This document shows, piece after piece, positions 11,057-20,454 of a stretch of DNA of 64,000 bases. Both the position numbers and the translations under genes were made by a program. The notes under the pieces were generated by a model that was given only the letters and a program-made list of their open reading frames with translations, made no database searches and was not told where the DNA came from. Every line of letters starts with the position of its first letter. Within the stretch, counting starts at the first letter, position 1. Source of the DNA: Mycobacterium sp. (GTDB lineage: Bacteria > Actinomycetota > Actinomycetes > Mycobacteriales > Mycobacteriaceae); NCBI RefSeq assembly GCF_025965855.1, contig NZ_JAOPWB010000218.1, forward strand, positions 14,263 to 78,262, read 5' to 3'.

Positions 11057-12238
11057 CTAATCTCCGCCGTCGCCGCCGTGTCCCTTGCCGTGGCCTTTAC
11101 CAGGGCCGCGCCGTGGCGGAACCGGGGGTTGTTCGGTGGGTGGGGGCGGGGGCACCGGATTGCTGACGGGCACCGGCGACGGACTGCTCGTGGTCACCGG
11201 ATTGGCGGGTGCGTGCGAGGGCGCGGGATCGAACGCGATCGCGAACGGGACAACGATCATTGCCGCCAAGACCGCGAGGGCTGCGAGCACCTTCTTTGTG
11301 CGGCCTGCCATCCGTGGAACCCGTGGGGGCACAAACGGATTGGCTACCGGCGGCGGCAGCGGCATCTCGAGCACCTTGGTGGCCGGGCGCCGCGGCGCGG
11401 CGACCGGCACGCCGGGCGTGCTCGCGGTCCGACGGCCGTGCAGGACTTCCCGCATCTCCCCGGCGCTGCCGAACCGCTGTCGGGGATCCGGCGCCATCGC
11501 GCGTTCGATCACGGTGATCAGGGCGGCATCGACGTCGGGTCGTAGCAGGGTGAGTGGCGGCGGGCGGTCATGCAAGATGGCGCGGGCCAGTGCGGCCATA
11601 TTGTCGTGTGGGAAGGGGCGATGGCCCGCAAGTGCTTCATAGCCCACCACCCCGACGGCGTAAAGGTCGTCGGCCACACAGGCGGGCGCCCCGGCGAGCC
11701 GCTGGGGGCTCAAGTAGGCGATCGTGCCCACGACCTGGCCGGTCAGTGTGAGGGCGGCCTCCCGGGTCTTGGCGATCCCGAAGTCCGCGACCTTCACGAT
11801 CTCGCCGTCGGCACCGACCAGGATGTTTCCGGGCTTGATGTCCCGATGCAGGATGGCCGCGCAATGCGCGGCGGTCAGTGCGGCGAGAACGTTGTCGAGC
11901 GCGGCCCGGACCTGCGGGTATGGACGGGGACCGCGAGCTATCTGGTCGGCGAGGGTGTCGCCGGGCAACCGTTCCATCACGATGAAAGGGATGCCGTCGT
12001 GCTCGCCGCTGTCGTAGACCGCGACGATGTTCGGTTGGTTCAGCGCGGCGGCCGCGCGCGCCTCCCCGTCGAATCGGCTCCGAATGTCGGGTTGCGCGTT
12101 GAACGCCGGGTGCAAGAGCTTGATGGCGATGGGGCGATTTAGTCGGGTGTCCCAGCCGTCGCGAACCTCGGCCATGCCACCGAGGCCAAGCCTGCCCCGC
12201 ACCTCGTAGCGGCCAGAAAGCAACGCGAGGGTGTTCAT
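11057..12238 (-). CDS. Ser/Thr protein kinase with one TM helix and a short Pro-rich tail
   Basis: LGLGGMAEV, AIK, HRDIKPGN, DFG; TM VLAALAVLAAMIVVPFAIAF. The APE motif reads SPQ. Confidence 0.92.
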   Translation of the reverse strand: MNTLALLSGRYEVRGRLGLGGMAEVRDGWDTRLNRPIAIKLLHPAFNAQPDIRSRFDGEARAAAALNQPNIVAVYDSGEHDGIPFIVMERLPGDTLADQIARGPRPYPQVRAALDNVLAALTAAHCAAILHRDIKPGNILVGADGEIVKVADFGIAKTREAALTLTGQVVGTIAYLSPQRLAGAPACVADDLYAVGVVGYEALAGHRPFPHDNMAALARAILHDRPPPLTLLRPDVDAALITVIERAMAPDPRQRFGSAGEMREVLHGRRTASTPGVPVAAPRRPATKVLEMPLPPPVANPFVPPRVPRMAGRTKKVLAALAVLAAMIVVPFAIAFDPAPSHAPANPVTTSSPSPVPVSNPVPPPPPTEQPPVPPRRGPGKGHGKGHGGDGGD

Positions 12239-12477
12239 TCGCCCTGCCAATCCCCACAGCTTTATAGACGATCGGGCACTGGACGCGACGACCGACGTGC
12301 CCGGTCGGCTACCCAAAGGTCGGCGGTTCAAAACGCATGCGCGCGACGACCAGCGCTTTTACGCGTCGCGCTCAGCGGGCGCGACATTTTCGCAATCCGA
12401 TCGAGGCGTCGCTCCGAAGGACTATCGAGCAGTAGTTGTGGCGGGGACGCCGTAGGTCGAAGAGGAGGCCTGTCTTG

Positions 12478-12780
12478 ATGGGAATAGCGACGTTCAAAAC
12501 GGTTGCTGCTGGCGATGGTTCACCGCAATCCGCATCCGAATACCGCTACTACCTGCTGGTCCACGCGATCGCGACGGCGCTGCTGTTGATCGCTTTGGTG
12601 GCCGCAATATGGCAGTTCATGGACTGGATCGTGGCGCCGGCATGCCCGAAGGACGCCTCCCTGCCGTCGGCGTCGTCGTCGACGGTGGCCGCGTCACACC
12701 GCTATTCGGGCGGCGCCGAGTCGGCGCTCTACGAGGCCGACTGCCCCTGCCCCCGCGAGCGTCAGCGCGAGAAGGTTTAG
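12478..12780 (+). CDS. Hypothetical single-pass membrane protein
   Basis: GAGGAGG RBS; hydrophobic LLVHAIATALLLIALVAAIWQFM segment. Confidence 0.5.
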   Translation: MGIATFKTVAAGDGSPQSASEYRYYLLVHAIATALLLIALVAAIWQFMDWIVAPACPKDASLPSASSSTVAASHRYSGGAESALYEADCPCPRERQREKV

Positions 12781-14045
12781 AACGCCTCGGGATTGCGCTG
12801 GACCTCGACCGGCACCGGGTGGCGGTAGAGCCGAGACGCGTTCTCCCAGCTGAACTTACGTATCACGTCCGGCGGCAGATCGCCGATCTGCTCGTGGATC
12901 GTTTCTTGGGTGTGCGGCCAGGTGGAGTCGCAGTGCGGGTAATCGGCTTCCAACATGATGTTGTCCACGCCTATCCGGTCGCGCTGCACGAACGACGACT
13001 TGTCCTCCACTGCGCAGAACCAGAAATTCCGGGTGAAAACCTCTGCGGGAGTCAAGCTTTCGCCAAGGGCTTGCCAGGTGCCGTACATCGCGTGGTAGCT
13101 GAGCATGTGGTCGAGGCGATCCAACAGCCCAGCAACCCAGCCGATTCCGCCTTCCGACAGACAGATTTTCAGGTCGGGGAACCTGCTGGGCAGGCCGGAA
13201 TACAACCAGTCGACCGCCGCGGAAATGGCGTAGGCGAAGAACAGCACGCCCTGGACATCCGGCGGCGCATCGTCGGTGGTGGACGGCGAGGATCCCGACG
13301 ACCCGATGTGCAGGTTCACGACGGTGTCCGTCTCGGCGCACGCGGCCATTATCGGGTCCCAGTGGCCGGAGTGAATGCTCGGCAATCCGAGCATCGCCGG
13401 GTTCTCGCTGAAGGTGACGGCGTGAAAACCGCGTTCGGCGTTCTCATAGATCATCTTCGCGCCGAGCTCGGGGTCCAGCAGCCACGGCAATTGGCAGGGA
13501 ATGATGCGTGCGGGATATGAACCCGCCCAGACCTCGAGGTGCCAGTCGTTCCAGGCCCGCACGGAGGCCAACGCCAGGTCGCGATCCTTGGTGACCTGCT
13601 GCAGCCGCTGGCCGGCGAACCCCGGCAGGAACGAAGGAAAATTGAGCGAGGCGTATATGCCGTTCAGATCCATGTCTGTGACACGCGCGTGGATATCCCA
13701 CGCACCCCTGCGCATCTCGTCGAACCGGACCGGCTCGAATCCGTACTCCGCCACCGGCCGCCCGACCACGGCGTTGAATCCGACATTGGGCAGTTCCCGG
13801 CCGTCGTAGACCCAGGTCTGTCCCCCGTTCCCGGTCTCCACGACCTTTGGGGCGCGGTCGGCGAACTTTCGCGGCAGGCGGCCGGTGAAGGTATCCGGCG
13901 GTTCGACGATGTGGTCGTCCACCGAGATCACCGGGTAGCGGCGCCGCGCCCGCGGCGGATCCGGCAGCAAAGTGACCGAGCGATCATGCCCGGTCTTTGC
14001 CGTGGTGAAGTTCAGGTCACCCGCCAGCTCATCGATCGATTTCAC
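12777..14045 (-). CDS. Amidohydrolase family protein (Amidohydro_2-like)
   Basis: ISVDDH, NLHIG, SEGGIGW, EADYPH motifs. Confidence 0.9.
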   Translation of the reverse strand: MKSIDELAGDLNFTTAKTGHDRSVTLLPDPPRARRRYPVISVDDHIVEPPDTFTGRLPRKFADRAPKVVETGNGGQTWVYDGRELPNVGFNAVVGRPVAEYGFEPVRFDEMRRGAWDIHARVTDMDLNGIYASLNFPSFLPGFAGQRLQQVTKDRDLALASVRAWNDWHLEVWAGSYPARIIPCQLPWLLDPELGAKMIYENAERGFHAVTFSENPAMLGLPSIHSGHWDPIMAACAETDTVVNLHIGSSGSSPSTTDDAPPDVQGVLFFAYAISAAVDWLYSGLPSRFPDLKICLSEGGIGWVAGLLDRLDHMLSYHAMYGTWQALGESLTPAEVFTRNFWFCAVEDKSSFVQRDRIGVDNIMLEADYPHCDSTWPHTQETIHEQIGDLPPDVIRKFSWENASRLYRHPVPVEVQRNPEAF

Positions 14046-14080
14046 TCGTCACTCTCCTTGCGGGCCAGGGTCGTGCAAAT

Positions 14081-14157
14081 CGAGCGTGCGATGACGGCTT
14101 TCGGTGGGCGCTGCCAGCGACGTCGGTCGGCGTGTCGCCGCCCCGCGTGCACACTCA
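14081..14157. repeat. Degenerate intergenic palindromic (REP-like) element
   Basis: GAGCGTGC...GCACACTC ends with an internal GGCGTGTCG core, similar to 6621-6680. Confidence 0.45.
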
Positions 14158-14928
14158 CTTGAGGACATCGGGACCGGCCTTGATGGTCATCCGCGCCGCC
14201 CCCGCCCAGTACACGTCGGCGGCGCGTTCGATCAGCGACCGTTGCATGCCGGCCATGTCCGACCAGTTCATCTTCGCCGGCTCCCGGCCGGTGAGCATGA
14301 CGTCATAGGCCAGCTTGCATACCCGTTCGATCGACGCCGCCCGGTAGACGGCTTCCGGCAGGCTGCGACCGGTGGCGATGACACCGTGGTTGGCCAGGAT
14401 CGTGAGGTTCGCGCCCCCGATGCGCGCGGCGAGGTCCGCCGCGCGGGCCGGGCTGTCGATCTCCCCGTCGTACGTGTCGACCAGGCACAGGTCGTCGAGG
14501 TATAGCGAACCGGTTTGGTGGACCAGTTCGGGGAGCCTGCCCAGCGCGGCGAGCACGCATACGTAATAGGGGTGGTTGTGAATGACCACCCGGGCGTCGT
14601 CGCGGACGCGGTGCAGTTCCGTGTGGATGTGGATGGCCGGGGTGACATCCCATCGACCTCGGACCACCCTTGCGTCGCTGTCCACCATGCAGATGTCTGA
14701 GGCGGTGAGCTCCTGCCACCACAGCCCCCACGGATTGACGAACATGTCCGTTTGGCCGTCGAGCTGCCACGTGATGTGTCCGGCCATGTTCTCGGCGAAT
14801 CCGATGGCGGCGAGGTGCCGGAAGGCGACGGCGAGCGCCTGCTCGTTGGACAGCTCGACGCCGATCGGGGGCACCACCGATGGCGACCAGACCTCGAGGC
14901 CACCTCGACGTGCGTCAGGAGCGTTCAT
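14155..14928 (-). CDS. Class II aldolase/adducin family protein
   Basis: AGHIT, IHIHTELH, IHNHP and ANHG Zn-ligand pattern. Confidence 0.88.
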   Translation of the reverse strand: MNAPDARRGGLEVWSPSVVPPIGVELSNEQALAVAFRHLAAIGFAENMAGHITWQLDGQTDMFVNPWGLWWQELTASDICMVDSDARVVRGRWDVTPAIHIHTELHRVRDDARVVIHNHPYYVCVLAALGRLPELVHQTGSLYLDDLCLVDTYDGEIDSPARAADLAARIGGANLTILANHGVIATGRSLPEAVYRAASIERVCKLAYDVMLTGREPAKMNWSDMAGMQRSLIERAADVYWAGAARMTIKAGPDVLK

Positions 14929-16537
14929 GATCCGCCTCCGTCCTGATTCGAATATCCTCGCGGAGCTGGCCTTTGGCAATCTTGCCGCCGGACGACCGGG
15001 GAAGCTCGTCAACCACGATGAGTCGTTCGGGCAGCAGTTCCTTGGAGACTCCCAGCGCCAACAGGTGCCCGACGAGCTCGGGCAGGTCGATGGTCTGGGA
15101 GTCGGCGAGTTCGGCGTAAAGGCAGACCTTTTCACCGAACACCGGATCGGGCATTGCGACCGCTGCCGCTACCGCGATCGCCGGGTGGGTCGTGACGGCG
15201 TCCTCGACCTGCGCCGCGCTGACGTTCTTTCCGCCGCGCAGGATGAAATCGGAGGTGCGGCCGGTGACGCTGAGATAGCCGTCCGCGTCGATCTCGCAGA
15301 TGTCGCCCATGCGCATCCACCCGTCGGGGGTGAATAGCTTGTCGTGGTCGGTCCCGCCCAGGTACCCGAGGCTGGTCGCCGGGCCCCGGCACGCGGGCTG
15401 GCCGCGCCCGGTCTCGGTGACGTCTTGATCGCCGTCGAAGAGCCGGACCGCCATTTCGGGAACGATCCGGCCGCCCGTGCGGAGCCGGCGTTCGCGGGGG
15501 TCGTCGACCGTGGTCGCGCTGAGCAACCCAGTCTCGTTCGAGCCGTAAAACTGCAGGATCTTCGCGCCGGTGAGTTCCTCGAACTCCGCGGCGGGCCGGA
15601 ACGGCAACGCCTCGCCGCCGCCGAAAACGACACGCAGCGAACTCAGGTCGTGATCGCGGCAAGCCGGGTGCGCCATCAGCATCGTCAATTGCGTGCTGAC
15701 ACAACACAGTACGGTGACCTTGTGGTGGGCGATCGCCTCACACGCCGCACGCGCGGTGAACCGCGGCAGGATCACCGCGGTGGCGCCGAGATAGATCGGC
15801 GTGGTGTGGCTGGTCCATATTCCAAACCCGAACGGCGTCGGTATGACCGGCAGGAAGACGTCGTCCGAAGTCAGCAACCCGTTGGCGACCGCCTTCTGGT
15901 GAAAGTAGTACCAACGGTTTTGTGTGTGCACCACGCATTTGGGCAGGCCGGTCGTCCCGGAAGTGGAGTTGATCAGGAACACGTCGTCGGGCCCCAGCTG
16001 TGATTCCACGCCCACCGCCCTCGGCTGCGCGTGAACGCTCAGCCGCAGCGCACCGGGATCACCGTCCAGGACCAGCGCGGACAACGGCGATTCGCCGGCC
16101 ACACCCGCCGCGGCGGGGCTGCGCTGTGGATCGCTGATCAAGACCTTTGGCCGCGAATTGCGCAGTATCTCGGCGACCTCGCGGGTTCCGGCGCGTGCGC
16201 CGATACCGACCACGACGGCGCCGCACCGTTCGATCGCGACGAACAGCACGTGGATGGCGGTGGAATCGCCATGCCACACCGCCACCCGATCCCCGCGCAC
16301 CACACCGACCCCGGCCAGCAGCTCGGCCAATTCGCTTGCCGCATCGTCGAATTCTCGCCAGCTGAGCGACCGTCCGGGATGGTCGACGTAGCCGGGAAGG
16401 TCCGGCGTCGATTGGGCGTTACGACGTACCGCGTCGGACAGCGTGGCATCCGACCACCAGCCGGCGGCGCGAAACAGGGCCGGGTCCTCGTCGGTGAATG
16501 CCGGCGAGCCTACGGTATCCAGCCCACCGGTGCTCAT
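14915..16537 (-). CDS. Acyl-CoA synthetase / AMP-binding enzyme
   Basis: NSTSGTTGLPK, FYGSNE, MGD, GRTSDFILRGG, PRSSGGKIAK. Confidence 0.93.
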   Translation of the reverse strand: MSTGGLDTVGSPAFTDEDPALFRAAGWWSDATLSDAVRRNAQSTPDLPGYVDHPGRSLSWREFDDAASELAELLAGVGVVRGDRVAVWHGDSTAIHVLFVAIERCGAVVVGIGARAGTREVAEILRNSRPKVLISDPQRSPAAAGVAGESPLSALVLDGDPGALRLSVHAQPRAVGVESQLGPDDVFLINSTSGTTGLPKCVVHTQNRWYYFHQKAVANGLLTSDDVFLPVIPTPFGFGIWTSHTTPIYLGATAVILPRFTARAACEAIAHHKVTVLCCVSTQLTMLMAHPACRDHDLSSLRVVFGGGEALPFRPAAEFEELTGAKILQFYGSNETGLLSATTVDDPRERRLRTGGRIVPEMAVRLFDGDQDVTETGRGQPACRGPATSLGYLGGTDHDKLFTPDGWMRMGDICEIDADGYLSVTGRTSDFILRGGKNVSAAQVEDAVTTHPAIAVAAAVAMPDPVFGEKVCLYAELADSQTIDLPELVGHLLALGVSKELLPERLIVVDELPRSSGGKIAKGQLREDIRIRTEADHERS

Positions 16538-16586
16538 GCCCAAATGATAGGAAAAGCGTTCGTCGTTCAGTCGGGAAGTCCGGTCG

Positions 16587-16925
16587 CTAAGGATTCTGCG
16601 GGGCCGGTGCGTTGTGTTGGTTGGCGTCACCGGTGCCCGGACGCGCGTGCGGCGTCGGGCAGGTGCGACGCGGAATGCAGCCACAGTTCAGGCCGATGAT
16701 GCAGCCGCCCCCGCCAACGGGTTGCACCGAAATCGCGCCGCCGCCGTCGCCGGCGGTGGGCGCCACGCTCGACGACGGGGCCGTTACGCCGCTCGGTGGC
16801 TCGTCAGCACCGGCCTGCCCGCCACGGAAGCCCAATCCAACCGCAAATACCACAGCGGCGCCACCGCAGACCGCGGCCGCCGTCCTGGCCACGCGAATCG
16901 TCACGGCCACCAACTGTAGTTTCAT
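16587..16925 (-). CDS. Secreted Pro/Gly-rich protein with a four-Cys motif
   Basis: Signal-like N-terminus ending AGA; GGGGCIIGLNCGCIPRRTCP. Confidence 0.6.
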   Translation of the reverse strand: MKLQLVAVTIRVARTAAAVCGGAAVVFAVGLGFRGGQAGADEPPSGVTAPSSSVAPTAGDGGGAISVQPVGGGGCIIGLNCGCIPRRTCPTPHARPGTGDANQHNAPAPQNP

Positions 16926-16970
16926 ATCGCGGGATGCGCACAGCGACACGGAATGTGTCGCGACCACGAG

Positions 16971-18452
16971 TCAGGGCTTTTGAACCGGGGTTGATTTCTG
17001 GCGCCGGTTTGGGTGGTGGGCGTCCTGTTCCCGATAGATCGACGCGAGCGTCGTCAACCCGGCGCGGATCGTCGGCTCATCGATAGCGCCGTAGCCCACT
17101 ACGAGTGCCGGTGGAGCCGAGCGCGGAACCGACCAGTGCCAACTGGCTCCCTCGATGACGAGGCCTCGCTTGTAGGCGGAGTCAACCAGACACAACTCGT
17201 CGCACCAGTCCGGTAGTTGCAAGTACAGGTGAAGACCCGCCCCTACGCGCTTGGGCACGGCGTCGGGCATCGATACCGCGAGTGCGCCGAGCGCAGTGCC
17301 GAGTCGGCGACGATAGATTGGACGCACCCGACGGAGATGTCGGGTCAGGCCACCGGTGTCGATGAATCGCGCGAGCGCAATCTGTTCGAGCATGGTGGTT
17401 CCCATGTCATCGAGCAGCTTCTGTTGAACCACGTCCTCGACAATCCGGCCGGGCAGGGTCATCCAACCGAGTCGGAGTGCGGGAGTTAGGGTTTTGCTCG
17501 CGCACCCGGCATACACAACACGCTCGGGTGCGAGTCCCTGGAGGGCACCAATGGGCGCGCGGTCATACCGGAACTCGGCGTCGTAGTCGTCTTCGATGAT
17601 CAGCGCATCCTTGGTGTGAGCCCATTCGATGAGAGCTGTCCGCCGCGCCGGGCTGAGAAGTGCGCCGGTCGGGTAGGAGTGTGCCGGCGCGACGAGCACG
17701 GCGGCGACGTCGTGTTCGGCCAGCCCGACAACGTCGAGGCCTTCGTCGTCTACCGGGATGGGCACCACTCGAAGACCGGTGTTGGCGATCGCCTCCCTGT
17801 GGAACCCAAAACCGGGGTCTTCGATCGCGATCGCTTCGGCACCGCGCTTCCGCAAAGCTCGGCATAGCAGCACGATCGCCTGAGTCAGGCCGGATGTGAT
17901 CAGTAAACGGTCGGACCGGGCGACGGCGCCACGTACGCGAGTGACGTAGTGGGTGAGCGCTTCTCGCAGCGATGCCTCGCCAAGCGGGCCCGGGTAACCC
18001 AACCGCTGATTGGGCACGGTGCTGAGCGCCCAGCGGTAGTGGCGAAGCCATTCGGCTCGCGGGAAGAGAGCGGGGTCGGGCAAGCCGCCGACGAGACGGA
18101 CCGTGTGCGGCGCTGCGGCGTGGAGCGTGGGATCGGCGAGAACCGGTTTGGTGGTGGGCAACACGCGTGTTCCGGATCCTTGCCGGGCGCCCAGATAGCC
18201 TTCAGCCGCGAGCTGTTCGTATGCGTCGACGACAACGCTCCGTGCAACCCCGAGTTCGCGTGCCAGTGTTCGCGACGGTGGAAGCGGTGCAGCGACCGGT
18301 AATCGACCCTGCTGGATCGCCAGCCGCAATTGGTGCTGCAGCTGCTCGCGCAGCCCCCCTCGCCCAGATCTGTCCAACGCGAGCAGGATGTCCGGAAAGC
18401 CCGGGACGGGCGAATTGGTCCGTTCAGAAATATCTGAATTGGATCCTGACAC
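16971..18452 (-). CDS. MocR/GabR-family regulator (GntR HTH plus PLP aminotransferase domain)
   Basis: LPPSRTLARELGVARSVVVDAYEQL, EDDYDAEFRY, SKTLTPALRLG. Start uncertain. Confidence 0.92.
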   Translation of the reverse strand: MSGSNSDISERTNSPVPGFPDILLALDRSGRGGLREQLQHQLRLAIQQGRLPVAAPLPPSRTLARELGVARSVVVDAYEQLAAEGYLGARQGSGTRVLPTTKPVLADPTLHAAAPHTVRLVGGLPDPALFPRAEWLRHYRWALSTVPNQRLGYPGPLGEASLREALTHYVTRVRGAVARSDRLLITSGLTQAIVLLCRALRKRGAEAIAIEDPGFGFHREAIANTGLRVVPIPVDDEGLDVVGLAEHDVAAVLVAPAHSYPTGALLSPARRTALIEWAHTKDALIIEDDYDAEFRYDRAPIGALQGLAPERVVYAGCASKTLTPALRLGWMTLPGRIVEDVVQQKLLDDMGTTMLEQIALARFIDTGGLTRHLRRVRPIYRRRLGTALGALAVSMPDAVPKRVGAGLHLYLQLPDWCDELCLVDSAYKRGLVIEGASWHWSVPRSAPPALVVGYGAIDEPTIRAGLTTLASIYREQDAHHPNRRQKSTPVQKP

Positions 18453-18461
18453 GAACCAATC
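18412..18461. promoter_or_regulatory. Putative MocR operator: two direct repeats and one inverted repeat
   Basis: GAATTGGTCC (18412), GAATTGGATCC (18436) and inverted GAACCAATC (18453), the DR+IR layout typical of MocR-family sites. Confidence 0.6.
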
Positions 18462-18480
18462 GTACGGCCAAGCTGAAAGG

Positions 18481-18909
18481 GTGCAACGAACAAACACCGC
18501 CGCCACTGCGCTGGCGGTCCCGGTACTCACCCCGTGGATGCCTGGGCCGGTCAACCCGCTCGACAGGCCCGTCGTTGTCAGCGTCACGGAATTCGCCTCC
18601 GATCATCTCCGTGATCTGCCTGGGGTGGTGCTCAAAGGCCTACGGTTGCGCATGGGCTGGTACGCCATGCCCGGAGCTGTCGGGCTCTGGTTATGGTCGC
18701 TCCCCGCAAGAGCAATCGGTGGTTCGATATCGGTTTGGCTGGGCCAGGAAGACCTGGAGCGGTTCATCGGTTTGCCCCAGCACGTCGGCATCATGCAGCG
18801 ATACGGTCCCAGGGGCACGGTTCGATCCACGGAATGGCACGCGGACAGATTTGATCCCGATCTCATCGTCGAACGCGCGCGCATCTGGATCACCGGGCGG
18901 TCGCGGTGA
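18481..18909 (+). CDS. DUF3291/ABM-like dimeric alpha-beta barrel protein
   Basis: GSISVW..QEDLERFIGLPQHVGIMQRY resembles the SVW..E.L..F...H..M pattern; divergent from the MocR gene. Confidence 0.55.
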   Translation: MQRTNTAATALAVPVLTPWMPGPVNPLDRPVVVSVTEFASDHLRDLPGVVLKGLRLRMGWYAMPGAVGLWLWSLPARAIGGSISVWLGQEDLERFIGLPQHVGIMQRYGPRGTVRSTEWHADRFDPDLIVERARIWITGRSR

Positions 18910-19283
18910 ATCCCCTGACCTTGTACGCAACAGGCCGCGTCCTTTTCGGTGTGGCCGCGCTAGTCACTCCCGGGACCGCGGGGCGGATACTCGCGGGCGA
19001 CGGTGGTGCAGCGCCCGACGCCCAAGCATTCCTGCGCGGTATGGGAGGACGTGAAATCGGTCTCGGTCTTGGCCTTCTGGCGATGATCCGCACCAATGGG
19101 CCCGTCAAACCATGGCTCGCGGGCGCCCTGCTCGCGGACTGCAGTGACATCGCGGGGATCGGGGGCGCGTGGCAGCATATGACGCCATCAAAACGCTTGC
19201 TCGGCTTGGGGACCGCCGGTGGCGCCGCGGCAACAGGAGCCATAATTTTTGGAACGCTAGGCCGAAAATCGATTTCTGCTTAA
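18906..19283 (+). CDS. Small membrane protein (DUF4267-like)
   Basis: GRVLFG, GGREIGLGLG, LADCSD pattern; GTGA overlap with the upstream gene. Confidence 0.6.
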   Translation: MNPLTLYATGRVLFGVAALVTPGTAGRILAGDGGAAPDAQAFLRGMGGREIGLGLGLLAMIRTNGPVKPWLAGALLADCSDIAGIGGAWQHMTPSKRLLGLGTAGGAAATGAIIFGTLGRKSISA

Positions 19284-19349
19284 TTCCCACCACTACTGCC
19301 ATGATTGGTGTTCGCCGACCGAATCGGGCCGCACGTGAGGTGGTGGGCA

Positions 19350-19853
19350 ATGAAAACCACTCGAATCTCGGGGCTTTGGCCGGGACTGCTGAGCGGCGCC
19401 GCCGCCGGGGCCGCCGGCACCACCGCGCTCGACGTGATCACCTATCTGGACATCGCGGTGCGGGGCCGGCCGACGAGCTCGACGCCCGAAAGAACCGTCG
19501 AAGCGATGGCGAGACTGTTTGGCCTGACGGTGCCGGGAACCGGTGACGTCTTGGCAAACCGGTTGCTCGGCCTTGGCGCGCTGACCGGGTATGCCGCGGG
19601 CATCGGGATGGGCCTGATCCTCGGGCTGGCCTACGCGCTGGGGTGGCGCCCGCGGCTATTCGTGGCCACGCTGGTCGCGACGGCGATCGCCCTCATCGGG
19701 ACCAACGGACCGATGACCGTGCTCGGGGTGACCGACCCTCGAACCTGGGGCGTCGTCGGCTGGATCAGCGATTTGGTCCCGCATTTCGGCTACGGGGTGG
19801 TCACCGCCCTCGTGCTGCATTACCTCTACCCGCGAAGCCGGGCCTCGACTTGA
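19350..19853 (+). CDS. Hypothetical membrane protein
   Basis: AAGAAGTTALDVITYLDIAVRGRP...SDLVPHFGYG; several TM segments. Confidence 0.75.
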   Translation: MKTTRISGLWPGLLSGAAAGAAGTTALDVITYLDIAVRGRPTSSTPERTVEAMARLFGLTVPGTGDVLANRLLGLGALTGYAAGIGMGLILGLAYALGWRPRLFVATLVATAIALIGTNGPMTVLGVTDPRTWGVVGWISDLVPHFGYGVVTALVLHYLYPRSRAST

Positions 19854-19947
19854 CCGCCGGTTGTTGGGATCGGTAGCCACGCACCCGGTTTCCACTTTGC
19901 CGCATAGCCGCTGCAGCGGGCAGCGATCGGCAAGGAGGAATTCGCGC

Positions 19948-20313
19948 ATGAAGACAAAGGCCGCAGTCCTGCTGTCCGGGGCGTTGGTCGCTTTGTTGCT
20001 CCTGTCGCGCTATTTCGCGCTGAGCCGAGCCGGCCTGCCGCTGGGGTGGATGCTCTACCTCGGGCTGCCGATCACCGTGGCCGGCGTGCTGTTTGCGCTA
20101 CGCCTCATCAACCTCGGCGCGGGATGGGGCGGTAGGGACGTGAGCCGCGGCTTCGGGGCGCCCGCGCGTCCCGTAGCGCTCTCGCAGCCGGAATCGGCGG
20201 CTCAGGCGTCGGTTTCGGAGCGCCTCAGGGAACTCGAGGCGTTGCGCGCCGCGGGCGCGATCTCCGACACCGAGTACAGCGCGCGGCGCCTCCACATCAT
20301 CTCCGAGCTGTGA
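19948..20313 (+). CDS. Membrane protein with a C-terminal SHOCT domain
   Basis: AAGGAGG RBS; two TM helices; ERLRELEALRAAGAISDTEYSARR. Confidence 0.8.
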   Translation: MKTKAAVLLSGALVALLLLSRYFALSRAGLPLGWMLYLGLPITVAGVLFALRLINLGAGWGGRDVSRGFGAPARPVALSQPESAAQASVSERLRELEALRAAGAISDTEYSARRLHIISEL

Positions 20314-20454
20314 GGCGCCAGCTTCGCCATCGCGGTCACCGATGGCGGCCATCAAGAATGCGGAGCCAATCCTGTTGCCCGCCAAGCTTTTCCTCCAAGA
20401 GGACTAGCCAGAAGAAATCGCCGACGGGGTTCATCGCGTCGCGACTGAACGCTC

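Noticed and set aside
20325-20347. 8-bp GC hairpin between convergent genes
   Set aside because: Ordinary terminator-like structure.
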